A stretch of DNA of 64,000 nt from an uncultured delta proteobacterium. Lineage in GTDB: Bacteria; Desulfobacterota; Binatia; DP-6. The notes under the pieces are model-generated. The model worked only from the letters and a program-made list of their open reading frames with translations, was not told the DNA's origin and did no database searches. Location: positions 448,001 through 512,000 of the forward strand of contig CAWFFN010000012.1 in NCBI GenBank assembly GCA_963815115.1, in the 5' to 3' direction. Below are positions 39,511-53,406 of the stretch, piece after piece; position 1 is the first letter of the stretch, and each line of letters opens with the position of its first letter. Both the position numbers and the translations under genes were made by a program.

Positions 39511-39514
<4 letters not shown>
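38027..39514 (+). CDS. HAMP-domain sensor histidine kinase
   Basis: Two TM helices, DEIGELA, VAHELGTPLN, FEPFFTTKEVGEGTGLGLS. Confidence 0.92.
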
Positions 39515-40875
<1,361 letters not shown>

Positions 40876-40981
40876 CGCGGCGCCACGGCACCCTGGCAAT
40901 TTGCCCCACGCGGTGCGTCGCAACGCCGCGTTCCGCAAGGCCCTTCGGCGGCCGGTCGGGTCCCGGCGACGGCCTCGGGTC

Positions 40982-40997
40982 CGGCACGAAGCCTGCA
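40982..40997 (+). promoter_or_regulatory. Putative sigma54 (-24/-12) promoter
   Basis: CGGCACGAAGCCTGCA has GG-N10-GC spacing and lies about 40 nt upstream of ATG 41037, directly after the activator gene. Confidence 0.55.
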
Positions 40998-41036
40998 TCG
41001 ATCGACGGCATTCAGCAGCAGGTCAGGAGGTCCCCG

Positions 41037-41489
41037 ATGAGCACTGCACTCGCCGTCGAGTCCGTGGGTGAGACGAATCAGTCTCAGGACGAGCCCGCGC
41101 TTGCATCGCAGCCTTGCGTGGTCCTGGCCGAGGACGACCGGGAGATGCGGATGCTGCTCGCTGCCGCGCTGCGAAAGGCGGGCTATGACGTGGTCGAGGC
41201 GCTCGACGGCGTCGATCTCCTCGACTGCATCGCCTGGGTGGTCGAGCGCCGTTCCGACTGGAGCGAGACCGTGCTGGTCTCCGACGTGCGCATGCCGGCG
41301 ATGGGCGGCCTCGAGGTCCTGGCGCGCCTGCGCAGCATGGGATGGCCGGGGCCGATCATTCTCATCACCGCGTTCGGCGACGAGGCCACCCACGACCTCG
41401 CCCGGCGGCTCGGCGCCAGCCGGGTGCTCGACAAGCCGTTCGACCTCGACGTGCTGTGCGATGCGATCCGGCAGGTGCACCCGTCATGA
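41037..41489 (+). CDS. Single-domain response regulator
   Basis: RBS AGGAGG; LAEDD, SDVRMP, ITAFG, KPF. Confidence 0.88.
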   Translation: MSTALAVESVGETNQSQDEPALASQPCVVLAEDDREMRMLLAAALRKAGYDVVEALDGVDLLDCIAWVVERRSDWSETVLVSDVRMPAMGGLEVLARLRSMGWPGPIILITAFGDEATHDLARRLGASRVLDKPFDLDVLCDAIRQVHPS

Positions 41490-41773
41490 CCGTGCTCAGG
41501 GTCCGGGCGCGCGTCGTGCGCGCGGGTCCGTCCGCCCCGGCGCTCGAGCGGGTGGGACCGCTCACGCCGTATCTGGCCGAGACGATCGTCGAGGACGCCC
41601 TCGCCGCCGGGCCGGGCAGCCGGCTCCGGGTCGAGCTGTCGCGGCCCGACGGTACCCACCTGCTGCGGACCCTGCGCCTCTCGCTCGACGCCCTCGCCGC
41701 CCGCGGCATCGCGGTCGACATCCGCGCCGGAGGGGGCGCGTGGACGACCGCGCCCGCCGAGAGCGCCGCCTAG
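41486..41773 (+). CDS. Hypothetical protein
   Basis: ATGA overlap with the regulator; 95 aa. Confidence 0.5.
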   Translation: MTVLRVRARVVRAGPSAPALERVGPLTPYLAETIVEDALAAGPGSRLRVELSRPDGTHLLRTLRLSLDALAARGIAVDIRAGGGAWTTAPAESAA

Positions 41774-41863
41774 CCAGCCGCCGATACCTGGCGCGGCTGG
41801 TACGCCGCCGGGGCCTCCGCTAGACTCGCGCGCCGCGCCTCGGGCGCACGGGAGCACGCACGG

Positions 41864-42436
41864 ATGGCCCACGACTTCGTCACGCTGGTGTCTGGCCTGC
41901 CGCGCTCGGGCACGTCCATGATGATGCGGATGCTCGAGGCCGGGGGAATGCCCGTGCTCGCCGACCACCTGCGGACGGCGGACGAGGACAACCCCGAAGG
42001 CTACTACGAGTTCGAGCGCGTCAAGAAGATCGAGCACGACACGGCGTGGCTCGACGAGGCGCGCGGCCGCGTGGTGAAGATGATCTCCGCGCTGCTCAAG
42101 CACCTGCCACCGCAGTACCCCTACAAGATCGTCTTCATGCGCCGGAAGCTGGAGGAGGTGCTTGCCTCACAGCGCGAGATGCTGATCCGCCGCGGCAAGC
42201 CGGCAGACCCGACCGGCGATGCCAGGATGGCGGAGTACTTCACCAGCCATCTCCGTCGCGTCGAGACCTGGCTGGCGGAGCAACCGAACGTGGACGTGCT
42301 CTACGTGAGCTACAACGAGCTGATGCAGGACCCCGAGATACACTGCGCCCGGGTGGCGCAGTTCCTCGGCCTGCCGCTCGACGCGCCGAGCATGGCGTCG
42401 GTCGCCTCCCGGTCGCTCTATCGGCAGCGGCGCTAG
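41864..42436 (+). CDS. Sulfotransferase family protein
   Basis: PAPS-loop VSGLPRSGTSMMM, NPEGYYE, VFMRR..EVLAS. Confidence 0.85.
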   Translation: MAHDFVTLVSGLPRSGTSMMMRMLEAGGMPVLADHLRTADEDNPEGYYEFERVKKIEHDTAWLDEARGRVVKMISALLKHLPPQYPYKIVFMRRKLEEVLASQREMLIRRGKPADPTGDARMAEYFTSHLRRVETWLAEQPNVDVLYVSYNELMQDPEIHCARVAQFLGLPLDAPSMASVASRSLYRQRR

Positions 42437-42606
42437 CGCAGAGCGGTGGCCAGCGGCGTCGGACGGAGGTCGGCGCGACGCCGGAAGACGCGCCGCGCTC
42501 GGCCTGACCGCCGGCGGTTCCGGCAGCTCGCGCTTCTTTGCATCCGGAGCCACCTTCGCCTATAAGCTCTCGCCTTTTACCAACCCCCGCAGGAGGCCCA
42601 CCCCTG

Positions 42607-45024
<2,418 letters not shown>

Positions 45025-45065
45025 GCGGGCGGCCGCGGGCGTGCCGGCGGGCACCCCGGCGCGGG

Positions 45066-46346
45066 TCAGGCGGACGTCTTCTGGGAGCGCGGCTGCTCGT
45101 CGGCCCGCTCGTCGCGTCGTGCCACGGTGACCAGCACGGACACCACGCGGCGGCGCTGGACCTTCTCGGCGCGGAACACGAGCTCCTCGTAGCGGACCTC
45201 CTGGCCCTCCCGGGGAATGGCGCCGAGCAGGCCGATCATGAGCCCGCCGACCGTGTCCCACTCCGCACTCGGGAGCTCCACGCCCAGGAGCTCTCCGAGA
45301 TCGTGCACGGTCATCGCGCCCGCGACACGGTAGACGCCGTCGGATACCGTGACGAGCTCGGGCTCGTCGGGATCGTACTCGTCCTCGATCTCGCCGACGA
45401 GCTCCTCGAGCACGTCCTCCAGGGTGATCAGCCCCGCGACCGACCCGTACTCGTCGGTCACCAGCGCGGCGTGAAACTTCTGCCGCTGCATCTCGCGCAG
45501 CAGCTCCGCCACCTTCTTCGAGTCGGGCACGAAGTGGGCGGGACGGATCACCTGCGCGAGCGGGATGTCCTGCTGGCCCTGATGCAGCGCGCGCAACAGA
45601 TCCTTTGCGTAGACGAAGCCCTCGCAGTGGTCGAGGTTCTCGCGGTAGACCGGAACACGCGAGAACCCGTGGCGCAGCATCACGTCCTCCACGTCGTGCA
45701 GCCGCCGGCCGATCTCGACCGCCACGATGTCGGGGCGAGGCACCATCACCTCGCGCGCGACCGTGTCGCCGAAGGCAAAGATGGAGTGGATCAGCTCGCG
45801 CTCGTGAGGCTCGATGCTCCCCTCCTCGTGCCCGACCTCCGCCATGGTGCGGATGTCCTCCTCGGAGACGAACGGACCCTGCTTGAGGCCCTTGCCGGGG
45901 AGGAGCACGTTGGCGAGCCCGATGAGCGCCCGCGTCGGCACGCTGAGCATGCGGCCGAGGAAGTAGACCAGGGGCGCGAGTGCGAGGGCGGCCCGGTCGC
46001 TGTGCAGGATGCCGAACGTCTTCGCCATCGCCTCCACCACCACGAAGTAGACGATGGTGAATCCGACCGAGATGAGGGTGATGCCGAGGCTGCCGAAGTA
46101 GTACGCGGAGATGATGGCGACCAGGATGGCGGAGCCGTTCTGCACGAACATGACGCCGAGATAGACCCCGTTCAGATAGCGCGCGGGCTCGCCCGCGAGG
46201 CGCTCGAGCAGCGCCGCGTTGCGCCCGCCCTCGGCCTTGAGCGCGAGTGCCCGGACGCGGGTCATGCGGCTGAGCGAGCTCTCGGCCATCGCCAGCACGG
46301 CGCCGAAGAGCACGAGCACGACGACGACCCAGACCAACGCCGTCAT
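45066..46346 (-). CDS. CNNM/CBS/CorC (hemolysin family) protein
   Basis: N-terminal TM domain, REVMVPR, FSRVPVY, DEYG..GLITLEDVLEELVGEIEDEYD, TVGG. Confidence 0.9.
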   Translation of the reverse strand: MTALVWVVVVLVLFGAVLAMAESSLSRMTRVRALALKAEGGRNAALLERLAGEPARYLNGVYLGVMFVQNGSAILVAIISAYYFGSLGITLISVGFTIVYFVVVEAMAKTFGILHSDRAALALAPLVYFLGRMLSVPTRALIGLANVLLPGKGLKQGPFVSEEDIRTMAEVGHEEGSIEPHERELIHSIFAFGDTVAREVMVPRPDIVAVEIGRRLHDVEDVMLRHGFSRVPVYRENLDHCEGFVYAKDLLRALHQGQQDIPLAQVIRPAHFVPDSKKVAELLREMQRQKFHAALVTDEYGSVAGLITLEDVLEELVGEIEDEYDPDEPELVTVSDGVYRVAGAMTVHDLGELLGVELPSAEWDTVGGLMIGLLGAIPREGQEVRYEELVFRAEKVQRRRVVSVLVTVARRDERADEQPRSQKTSA

Positions 46347-46594
46347 CGCGAGGCGCCGGGCTGGGTCGTGCGAGACGGCCCGTCTGCGGCGGTCATGGGT
46401 ATGCGGACCCGGTGGGGACGTCCGTCCCCGCAGCGTGGCGCGTTGCCATCCGTCGTCGGGCCCGAGTGTAGCACGATGGCGGCACAAGTCAGGAGCGCCG
46501 GTCGGCGCCGGCCGCGGCACCCCGCGGGCCGCGGAAACCGGCTCCGCGGGTCGTGCGGTTGACCGGGGCCGGACCGGACGGTAGACGCACGGGC

Positions 46595-47005
46595 GTGAAG
46601 CGCCTCGAGCTCAAGCAGGTGCGCGTCTGCTCCAAGTGCGGCCGCGGACGCGCGGAGCTCGAGAGCCCGGACGGCGATCGTCTGGAGGTGCCTCTCGACG
46701 CCGCGCGGGCGCACGAGCTCTCCGGGCGTCCGGACGACGTCCGCTCGCTGAGCGCCCTGGTGCTCGAGCAGCTCGCTGCCGGCGGTGCCCGGCCGCGGGA
46801 GGTGGTGCTGGACGTCGGCGCGGCCGGCCTGCGCGCGCTGCTGTCGTTCATCCGCGGCGAGGAGAGCGATCTCGTGGCGTGCACGGCACAGGAGGGGATC
46901 GGGCTCGCCGTGCGCGGCGCGCTGGCCCTCTACGCCACCGACGAGGCCCTCGCCCTCGACCGCGACAGCGCGGGCGACCGCGGACCCGACAGCACCGTCC
47001 ACTAG
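46595..47005 (+). CDS. Divergent bifunctional nuclease (DUF151)-like protein
   Basis: Size and pattern LVLEQL..REVVL..GIGLAVR..LYATDEAL; N-terminal CSKC. Confidence 0.5.
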   Translation: MKRLELKQVRVCSKCGRGRAELESPDGDRLEVPLDAARAHELSGRPDDVRSLSALVLEQLAAGGARPREVVLDVGAAGLRALLSFIRGEESDLVACTAQEGIGLAVRGALALYATDEALALDRDSAGDRGPDSTVH

Positions 47006-47022
47006 CGCTCGCCGATCGACGG

Positions 47023-48243
47023 TCATCCCGCGTCCATGCGGTATGCACGCAGCGCCGGGATCGTCGCGGCCACGATCGCGAGCACGACCAGGCACCCGAC
47101 CCCGCCGCTCACCACCGCGAACGGCGCGCTGGTGAGCGCGGCGACGAAGCCGGACTCCGCTGCGCCGAGCTGATTCGAGGCGCCGATGAAGAGCAGGTTG
47201 ACCGCGCTCACCCGGCCCCGCAGCTCGTCGGGCGTGGAGAGCTGGATGGCCGTGCTGCGCATCACCACGCTCACCTGGTCGGCGGCGCCGACCAGCATGT
47301 AGGCGGCCACCGAGAGCGGGAACCAGCGAGACAGGCCGAAGGCGATCGTGGCCAGGCCGTAGACGGCGACGCCCGCCAGCAGCGCGCGCCCCGTTCGCCG
47401 GATCGGCCGCCGCAGGACGAGGACCGCCGACGTGACCAGCGCCCCGATCTCGAGCGACGAGGTGAGCAGGCCGTACCCGCGCGGGCCTACCTGCAGGATG
47501 TCCTGCGCGAAGATCGGGAGCAGGGCTGCGGCGCCCCCGAAGACCACGGCGAACATGTCGAGCACCATGCAGCCGAGGACGACGGGACGGCGGCGCACGA
47601 AGACGAGCCCTTCGCGCATCGCGCGCAGGGACGGCGCCGCCCGCGGGCCCTCGGAGCGTCCGGGCCGGACGAAGGCGAGGGTGACGAGCGCGCCGCACAC
47701 GAGCACCACGTAGGCCGCGTAGACCGTCGCGATCCCGGCGGCCGCGATGAGCAGCCCCGCGAGGGCGGGGCCGGTGGCGAAGGCAAGCGCCTGGTTGGTG
47801 GTCGCGATGGTGACGGCGCGCGGGAAGATCTCGCGCGGCACCAGGGTCGGCAGCAGCGCCGCGCGGGAGGGGTTCTCGAAGGCGGACGCCACCGCGACCA
47901 GGAGGATGATGCCGTAGAGCAGGCGCACGGTCACGTGGCCTCCCGCCGTCGCCCACCACAGCACGCCGGCGCTCGAGAGCGCCAGCGTCTGCGCCGTCAT
48001 CATGATCCGGCGGCGATCCCACACGTCGGCCAGCGTTCCGGCGACGAGGAGCAGGCCGAGCGCCGGAATGAACTGCACGGCGCCGATGAGACCGAGGTGG
48101 AAGGCGGAGCTGGTGAGCGCGAACACGTGCCAGGCAATGCCGGCACGCAGCATCGTCATCGCGACCGCCGAGCAGAACCGGCTCGAGAGGTAGGCGACGA
48201 GGTTGCGCGACAGGACGGGCGGCGCGCCTCCATGATCGGGCAT
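47023..48243 (-). CDS. MFS transporter (EntS/H+ antiporter-like)
   Basis: GTLADVWDRRRIM, PSRAALLPTLVP, QLSTPDELRGRVSAVN. Confidence 0.9.
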   Translation of the reverse strand: MPDHGGAPPVLSRNLVAYLSSRFCSAVAMTMLRAGIAWHVFALTSSAFHLGLIGAVQFIPALGLLLVAGTLADVWDRRRIMMTAQTLALSSAGVLWWATAGGHVTVRLLYGIILLVAVASAFENPSRAALLPTLVPREIFPRAVTIATTNQALAFATGPALAGLLIAAAGIATVYAAYVVLVCGALVTLAFVRPGRSEGPRAAPSLRAMREGLVFVRRRPVVLGCMVLDMFAVVFGGAAALLPIFAQDILQVGPRGYGLLTSSLEIGALVTSAVLVLRRPIRRTGRALLAGVAVYGLATIAFGLSRWFPLSVAAYMLVGAADQVSVVMRSTAIQLSTPDELRGRVSAVNLLFIGASNQLGAAESGFVAALTSAPFAVVSGGVGCLVVLAIVAATIPALRAYRMDAG

Positions 48244-48382
48244 CGTCGGGCGCTCTTTGCCCGTGTCGTGACCCGAGTAAAGGGGGCGGCGCGGCCCGCA
48301 GTGGTTGCGGGCCGCGCACGATGCGCGTATGCGCACGGGCGATTTGACGCGAGAACGAACCCTCACGATCCGCCCCTGAGCC

Positions 48383-49441
48383 ATGTCATACGACGATGCG
48401 CTCGTGAGCCGCGTGCTCGCCGAGGCTCGCGCCGACGTCCAGGCCGAGCTCGAGCGCGTCTTCGCGCGGCGCCGGCGGACGGGCTACGGGCCGCTCTACG
48501 ACCTCCTCGCGGACTACCCGTTCCGCGAGGGCAAGGGGTTGCGGCCGGCGATCTGCTTCGCCGCCTGCCGTGCGGTGGGTGGGCTCACCGGGCAGGCGCT
48601 CCTCTCGGCCACGGCGCTCGAGCTCTTCCACAACGCCTTCCTGGTGCACGACGACGTCGAGGACGGCTCGCAGTTCCGGCGGGGCAAGGTGACGCTCTTC
48701 GAGGCGCACGGCGTCCCCGTGGCGGTGAACGTCGGCGACGCCACCAACGTCCTGGCGCTCGACCTGTTGCTGGGCAACACGACGGCCATCGGCGTGCGCA
48801 AGGCGCTTCTCGTCTTCCGCGAGGTGGAGCGCATGGCACGCGAGTCGGTCGAGGGCCAGGCGATCGAGCTGGGCTGGATCGCCGAGGGCCGCTTCGATCT
48901 CGGCGACCGCGACTACGTGCGCATGGCCTACAAGAAGACCTGCTGGTACACCGTCATCGCGCCGCTTCGCATCGGCGTCCTGTGCGGCAGCCCGCCCGGT
49001 CCGCTCGCTCCGCTTGACGAGGAGCTGACTCCCCTCCTAGACCTCGGATTCCTTGCGGGCATCGCGTTCCAGATCCACGATGACCTGCTCAACCTCGAGG
49101 CCGACGAGACGCTCTACGGCAAGGAGATCAGTGGCGACCTGTGGGAGGGCAAGCGAACCGTGATGCTGTTGCACTTCCTGCGCACGGCGAAGGGCGCCGC
49201 CCGCGCCCGGGCACTCGAGCTGCTGCGCACGCCACGGCAGCTCAAACCGGCGGGGGAGGTGAGCTGGCTGCACGCGGCGATGCGGGAGCAGGGATCGCTC
49301 GACCACGGGCGCAAGCTGGCGGTCGAGTACTCGGAGCGGGCGCTCGAGGCCGATGCCGGCGGCCCGTCGTTCTGGCGGGACACCGAGGATCGGCGCTTCC
49401 TGCGTGAGATGCTGCGGTACGTGATCGATCGCATCAAGTGA
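48383..49441 (+). CDS. Polyprenyl diphosphate synthase family protein
   Basis: GKGLRP, ELFHNAFLVHDDVED..RRG (first Asp-rich motif), GQ, KT, FQIHDDLLN, DLWEGKRT. Confidence 0.92.
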   Translation: MSYDDALVSRVLAEARADVQAELERVFARRRRTGYGPLYDLLADYPFREGKGLRPAICFAACRAVGGLTGQALLSATALELFHNAFLVHDDVEDGSQFRRGKVTLFEAHGVPVAVNVGDATNVLALDLLLGNTTAIGVRKALLVFREVERMARESVEGQAIELGWIAEGRFDLGDRDYVRMAYKKTCWYTVIAPLRIGVLCGSPPGPLAPLDEELTPLLDLGFLAGIAFQIHDDLLNLEADETLYGKEISGDLWEGKRTVMLLHFLRTAKGAARARALELLRTPRQLKPAGEVSWLHAAMREQGSLDHGRKLAVEYSERALEADAGGPSFWRDTEDRRFLREMLRYVIDRIK

Positions 49442-49452
49442 GAGGACGGCGC

Positions 49453-50013
49453 ATGCGCGTGGCCAGCGATCCCCCCGACGAGCAGCGCGGCCCCTTCACC
49501 GAGCTGCTCCGCCTGCAGAGCGAGTTCCAGGCCCGCCTGGCCGACGAGACCCTGCGCTATCTCCGCCGGCTGCAGGGGGCGTTCGCCCCGGCTGCGCCGG
49601 GAACGGTGGTCGTGCCGGACGGCGACGGCGAGCTGCGGGCGGCGGGAAGGCCGGGCGATCGGGTGGCGCTGCGGCTCGAGGCCGAGAATCGGCAGCGGGT
49701 CCACTGCCTGGTGACGCCGATGCTGACGCCGCTGGTCGAGCGCACCGGAACGACGTGGTTCCCGGCCGCGGACCCGGCTCCGACGTCCACGCTCCTCGCG
49801 CCGGGCGAGGTCGGCGCCGTGGCGGTCGATCTGGCGCTGCCCGCCGAGCTGCCGCCCGGCATCTACAAGGGTGCCCTCGTCCTGCAGGGATTCCGCGAGG
49901 GTGGCGTGCCGGTCACCGTGGAGGTCGAGGGCGAGCCGCCCGCGGCGCCAGCGCGCCGCCGTCGCGCGAGCCGCCAGCGGTCGCGGAAGGCGGTGCGGAG
50001 GCGGCGGCGATGA
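49453..50013 (+). CDS. Hypothetical protein (N-terminal helix plus Ig-like domain)
   Basis: Coupled to its neighbours; LAPGE..LPAELPPGIYKG; basic tail. Confidence 0.75.
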   Translation: MRVASDPPDEQRGPFTELLRLQSEFQARLADETLRYLRRLQGAFAPAAPGTVVVPDGDGELRAAGRPGDRVALRLEAENRQRVHCLVTPMLTPLVERTGTTWFPAADPAPTSTLLAPGEVGAVAVDLALPAELPPGIYKGALVLQGFREGGVPVTVEVEGEPPAAPARRRRASRQRSRKAVRRRRR

Positions 50014-50588
50014 GCCGTGCGCCGACGAGTGGACGGGTACGGCTGGTCGACGCGGCCGCAGGACCAGGCCGCACGACGGCCACTCTGCTGGCGTCGCTCG
50101 CGGCTCGCCTCGGAACGCTTCACTTCGTCTCGGGAACGGCCGCCGTCGGATCGATGGTCGCGGGCTTTGCTGCCCTCGGTCGCGAGGTCGGCCGCACTGT
50201 CGAGGGTGCACGACTTCGGCGGGCCCTCGAGGCGAGCCGCGCCGGGACCAACGGCGACGCGCTCTGGGGAACGCTCGCGATCGGCGACTGGTCGTCGGGT
50301 CTGCCGCCGAGTCCCATCCTCGATCACCTGCGCAACGACCTCGCGCTGCTGCTCGCCGACGACCTCGAGGACACCCTGGCGCTGCTCCCCATCCCGGGCG
50401 AGGCGGCCGGCGCCCAGGCCTCCGACGACGACCAGCCGGCCACCTTCGCCGACTGCGTGCTCGGCCTGTGGGCGTTCGCGCGCGAGATCGCGCGGTCGGT
50501 CGACGCCCTGGTGAGCGCGACGCTGCCGCCCCCGGACGCGGTGACGACCGCACCGGAGCCCGAGGGCACGGGCCCGTTGCTGCGCTGA
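50010..50588 (+). CDS. Hypothetical helical protein
   Basis: ATGA overlap with the upstream gene; 192 aa. Confidence 0.7.
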   Translation: MSRAPTSGRVRLVDAAAGPGRTTATLLASLAARLGTLHFVSGTAAVGSMVAGFAALGREVGRTVEGARLRRALEASRAGTNGDALWGTLAIGDWSSGLPPSPILDHLRNDLALLLADDLEDTLALLPIPGEAAGAQASDDDQPATFADCVLGLWAFAREIARSVDALVSATLPPPDAVTTAPEPEGTGPLLR

Positions 50589-50601
50589 CCCCGGCTCGCC
50601 C

Positions 50602-51603
50602 ATGATCCAGGCCGACGCGCTCCGACCGCCCTCGCCGCTCGACTCGAACGCCTCGGCCTACAAGGACTGGCTCCACCTGAACGTGCTGGACCACGCCTCC
50701 GGCACCGTCGGCCTGGTCAACGTCTCGCTGCACGGGGCGCCGGACGACACGCGCTCGCGCGCCATCGGGACGGCGCTCCTCCACGTGCCCGGCGTCGGGT
50801 GGGTCGGCAACGTCGAGGCGTGCGGGCAGTCCGAGGCGCGGGTGGGCGTCGGCAGCGTGGCGCTGGCGCAGGTGGCGCTGGCGCTCGACTATCCGGCCGG
50901 GCGGGCGCTCGCCTCGGCACGCTTCCCGGACGAGGCCCTCGCGCTCCGCATCGCGGCGAGCGCCCGGGCGCCGGCGATCGACCTCGAGCAGCGGCTGCCC
51001 CTCGGCCCCGGCTGGGTGTCGTGGTACATCGTGCCGCGACTGGCAGTGGAAGGCGAGGCCCTGGTCGGGCAGCGGCGAATCGACCTCGCAGGCGCCAGCG
51101 CCTATCACGATCACAACTGGGGACGCTGGCACTGGGGCGACGATCTCGGCTGGGAGTGGGCCGCGTTCCTCACGCCGGCGCCGGGCCCCGCCTTCGTGCT
51201 CTCGCGCGCCACCGATCGCGCGCACCGTCACGTGGGGAACCCGGTGCTCGTCGTGCAGGTCGGCAAACGCCGGCGGACGTTCGGCGGTCGCACCGTGGAG
51301 CTCGACTACGCGGGACGGCTCGGCGGCCGCATCCGCCGGCTGCCGGGCGCCCTCGCGGCGCTGCACCAGGATCGCGCGACCCCGTCCCTGCCCGTCCGTC
51401 TCACGGTGCGGGCGGACGACGGCCGGGACCGGGTCGAGATCGAGTTCACGGCACGCGCCGCCGCGCAGCTCATCGCCGGCGACCCCGCCGTCCGGGGCTA
51501 CGGCTTCATCCACGAGATCGTGGGCGCCTTCGCGGCCTGCGGCCGGATCGGCGATCACGACCTCGCCGGCAGTGGCCTCGCGGTGCTCGAGCATGTCGAC
51601 TGA
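50602..51603 (+). CDS. CrtC/AttH/tocopherol-cyclase-like protein (putative hydratase or cyclase)
   Basis: YKDWLH, W..VPRLAVEG, AYHDHNWG..W..GWEW. Confidence 0.7.
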   Translation: MIQADALRPPSPLDSNASAYKDWLHLNVLDHASGTVGLVNVSLHGAPDDTRSRAIGTALLHVPGVGWVGNVEACGQSEARVGVGSVALAQVALALDYPAGRALASARFPDEALALRIAASARAPAIDLEQRLPLGPGWVSWYIVPRLAVEGEALVGQRRIDLAGASAYHDHNWGRWHWGDDLGWEWAAFLTPAPGPAFVLSRATDRAHRHVGNPVLVVQVGKRRRTFGGRTVELDYAGRLGGRIRRLPGALAALHQDRATPSLPVRLTVRADDGRDRVEIEFTARAAAQLIAGDPAVRGYGFIHEIVGAFAACGRIGDHDLAGSGLAVLEHVD

Positions 51604-52162
51604 TCCAGCCCTGCCGGCCGGGCCGCGGTCGCTCGGAGGGTACGTCGCCGCGCTGATCGACGAGCTCGGTAGAGGGGACCGCGAGGCACTGGAGCGCATG
51701 CGAGGCATCGTCGGCCGCCGGCGCGCGCGCATCGCACTCGACGGCGAGGTCGTCGACGTGGCGTTCGGGCACGATGGGATCGCCGTCGTGCCGGCGACGG
51801 GCGGAGCCGTCGACGGGGAAGGCGCAACCGATCGCCCGACCGTGCTCGGCCTCCTCGACGGTCACCTCGAGGTGACGGATGCGATCCTCGACGGCAGGCT
51901 CCACGTCCGCGGCACCACCGACGCCGTGGTCCGCATCTTCACCGCGATCGAGATACTGCTCGACGCCTCACCCCGCCTGCCGGCGCTCCAGCGGCTGTCG
52001 TCACACTTCCGTGCGAGCCTCCCCCGCCTGCCCCGCGCCGAGCCGATCGCCGGAGCGCCGGTGCGGCGCGCCGCCTGGTTCCCGGAGGAGCGGGCGGCGA
52101 GCGAGGACGCGGTGCTCGCGCGTCACGGCTTGCTGCCCGAGCCCGGCGACGGGGCGGCGTAG
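51593..52162 (+). CDS. SCP2 sterol/lipid-binding domain protein
   Basis: LLDGHLEVTDAILDGRLHVRG matches the SCP2 C-terminal pattern. Confidence 0.75.
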   Translation: MSTDPALPAGPRSLGGYVAALIDELGRGDREALERMRGIVGRRRARIALDGEVVDVAFGHDGIAVVPATGGAVDGEGATDRPTVLGLLDGHLEVTDAILDGRLHVRGTTDAVVRIFTAIEILLDASPRLPALQRLSSHFRASLPRLPRAEPIAGAPVRRAAWFPEERAASEDAVLARHGLLPEPGDGAA

Positions 52163-52221
52163 GTTGACGCTGTCCATGGCCGGTGCGATGATCTCGTGCA
52201 CCTGACCGGCCGGAGGAAGTC

Positions 52222-52671
52222 ATGGGCGTCCCATCGACACTCCACATCGACATCTCCCACCTGCCCAACGTGGCGGTCACCGGCATCGGGCCCATCGGAT
52301 CCGTCGGACCGGTGACCGTCGCCGGAATCCCGGACCACTTCCACATCAGCATCGACAAGCTGCCGGACACGATCCCGAAGATCCAGCTCGGGATCGATCC
52401 CCTCGAAGTGAAGCCGCTGTCGATCGCGCTGTCGGTGAAGGAGATGCCCTCGATCCGGGGCCATCTCCCGGCGGACTTCACCGTCGGGCTGTCGCTGCTC
52501 GGCCTCGAGCTGCTGTGCGTGCGCCTGTGCGGCGAGGCCCAGATCATCACCGAGCCCTACCAGCCGAATCCATGCGAGCGCTGTGGCGAGACGTTGCGAC
52601 CCGTGCCGCTCCCTCCTCCGGTGGCAACGGTGCCGGGGGGTGACGCGGGCACGAGGCGCGGCCGGAGCTGA
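52222..52671 (+). CDS. Hypothetical beta-rich protein with C-terminal Cys motifs
   Basis: RBS GGAGG; Ile/Pro-rich; CVRLCGEAQ and PNPCERCG. Confidence 0.75.
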   Translation: MGVPSTLHIDISHLPNVAVTGIGPIGSVGPVTVAGIPDHFHISIDKLPDTIPKIQLGIDPLEVKPLSIALSVKEMPSIRGHLPADFTVGLSLLGLELLCVRLCGEAQIITEPYQPNPCERCGETLRPVPLPPPVATVPGGDAGTRRGRS

Positions 52672-52674
52672 GCA

Positions 52675-53406
52675 GTGGCTGCGGTTTCGGACCGCTCGTC
52701 TGCCGTCCGCCTCCGGGGACACCCCGGCGGCCTGGCAGGACATCTCGTCTGGCCCGAGGTCGGACCGCAGCTGGTCACGGTGCAGCTGGCCCTCGGCGAG
52801 CCCAAGGAGACGCCGGTGGTCGCACACGTCCTGCCCGTCGGCGGCAAGGGACTGTGCAGCCTGGAGATCACCCTCCCCACCTGGACACCGCCGGGCAGCT
52901 ACCAGGGCACGGTGCGCGTCGGCGACGAGGAGCGTCGCATCGTGGTCGACGTCGAGCCGCGAGCGCGGCTGCAGGTCGCGCCGCGCCTGCTCTCCCTGCG
53001 AGGGCGCCCGAAGGACAGGGTGCAGGCGGAGGTGCAGCTCTCGAATGTCGGCAACGTGGCGACGGAGGTGCGAGGCGCCTACCTCTTCGCGCTCTACGAC
53101 CCGTCGACGCTCGAGCGTGCCACCGCGCGCGCGTTCGTGTCCGGGGGAACGACGAGTCTCGAGTTCGGCGACGAGATGGTCGCAGGGCTCCGGGAGGGAT
53201 TCGCCGGCATGGTGCGGCTCAAGGTGGATGCGGGCGCAGGGCCGCTCGAGCCGGGGGACGGCCGATCGCTCCAGGTCACCCTGCATCTTCCGGAGGGGCT
53301 GCGATCGGGGCAGACGTACGAGGGGACCTGGCGGATCGACAGCCTGGGCTACAACATCGAGGTGGAGGCCGCAGACGGCACGGCTCCCGAGGAGACGCCG
53401 AGATGA
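52675..53406 (+). CDS. Hypothetical protein with tandem Ig-like domains
   Basis: LPTWTPPGSYQG and LEPGD..LPEGLRSGQTYEG; starts 3 nt after the upstream stop. Confidence 0.75.
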   Translation: MAAVSDRSSAVRLRGHPGGLAGHLVWPEVGPQLVTVQLALGEPKETPVVAHVLPVGGKGLCSLEITLPTWTPPGSYQGTVRVGDEERRIVVDVEPRARLQVAPRLLSLRGRPKDRVQAEVQLSNVGNVATEVRGAYLFALYDPSTLERATARAFVSGGTTSLEFGDEMVAGLREGFAGMVRLKVDAGAGPLEPGDGRSLQVTLHLPEGLRSGQTYEGTWRIDSLGYNIEVEAADGTAPEETPR

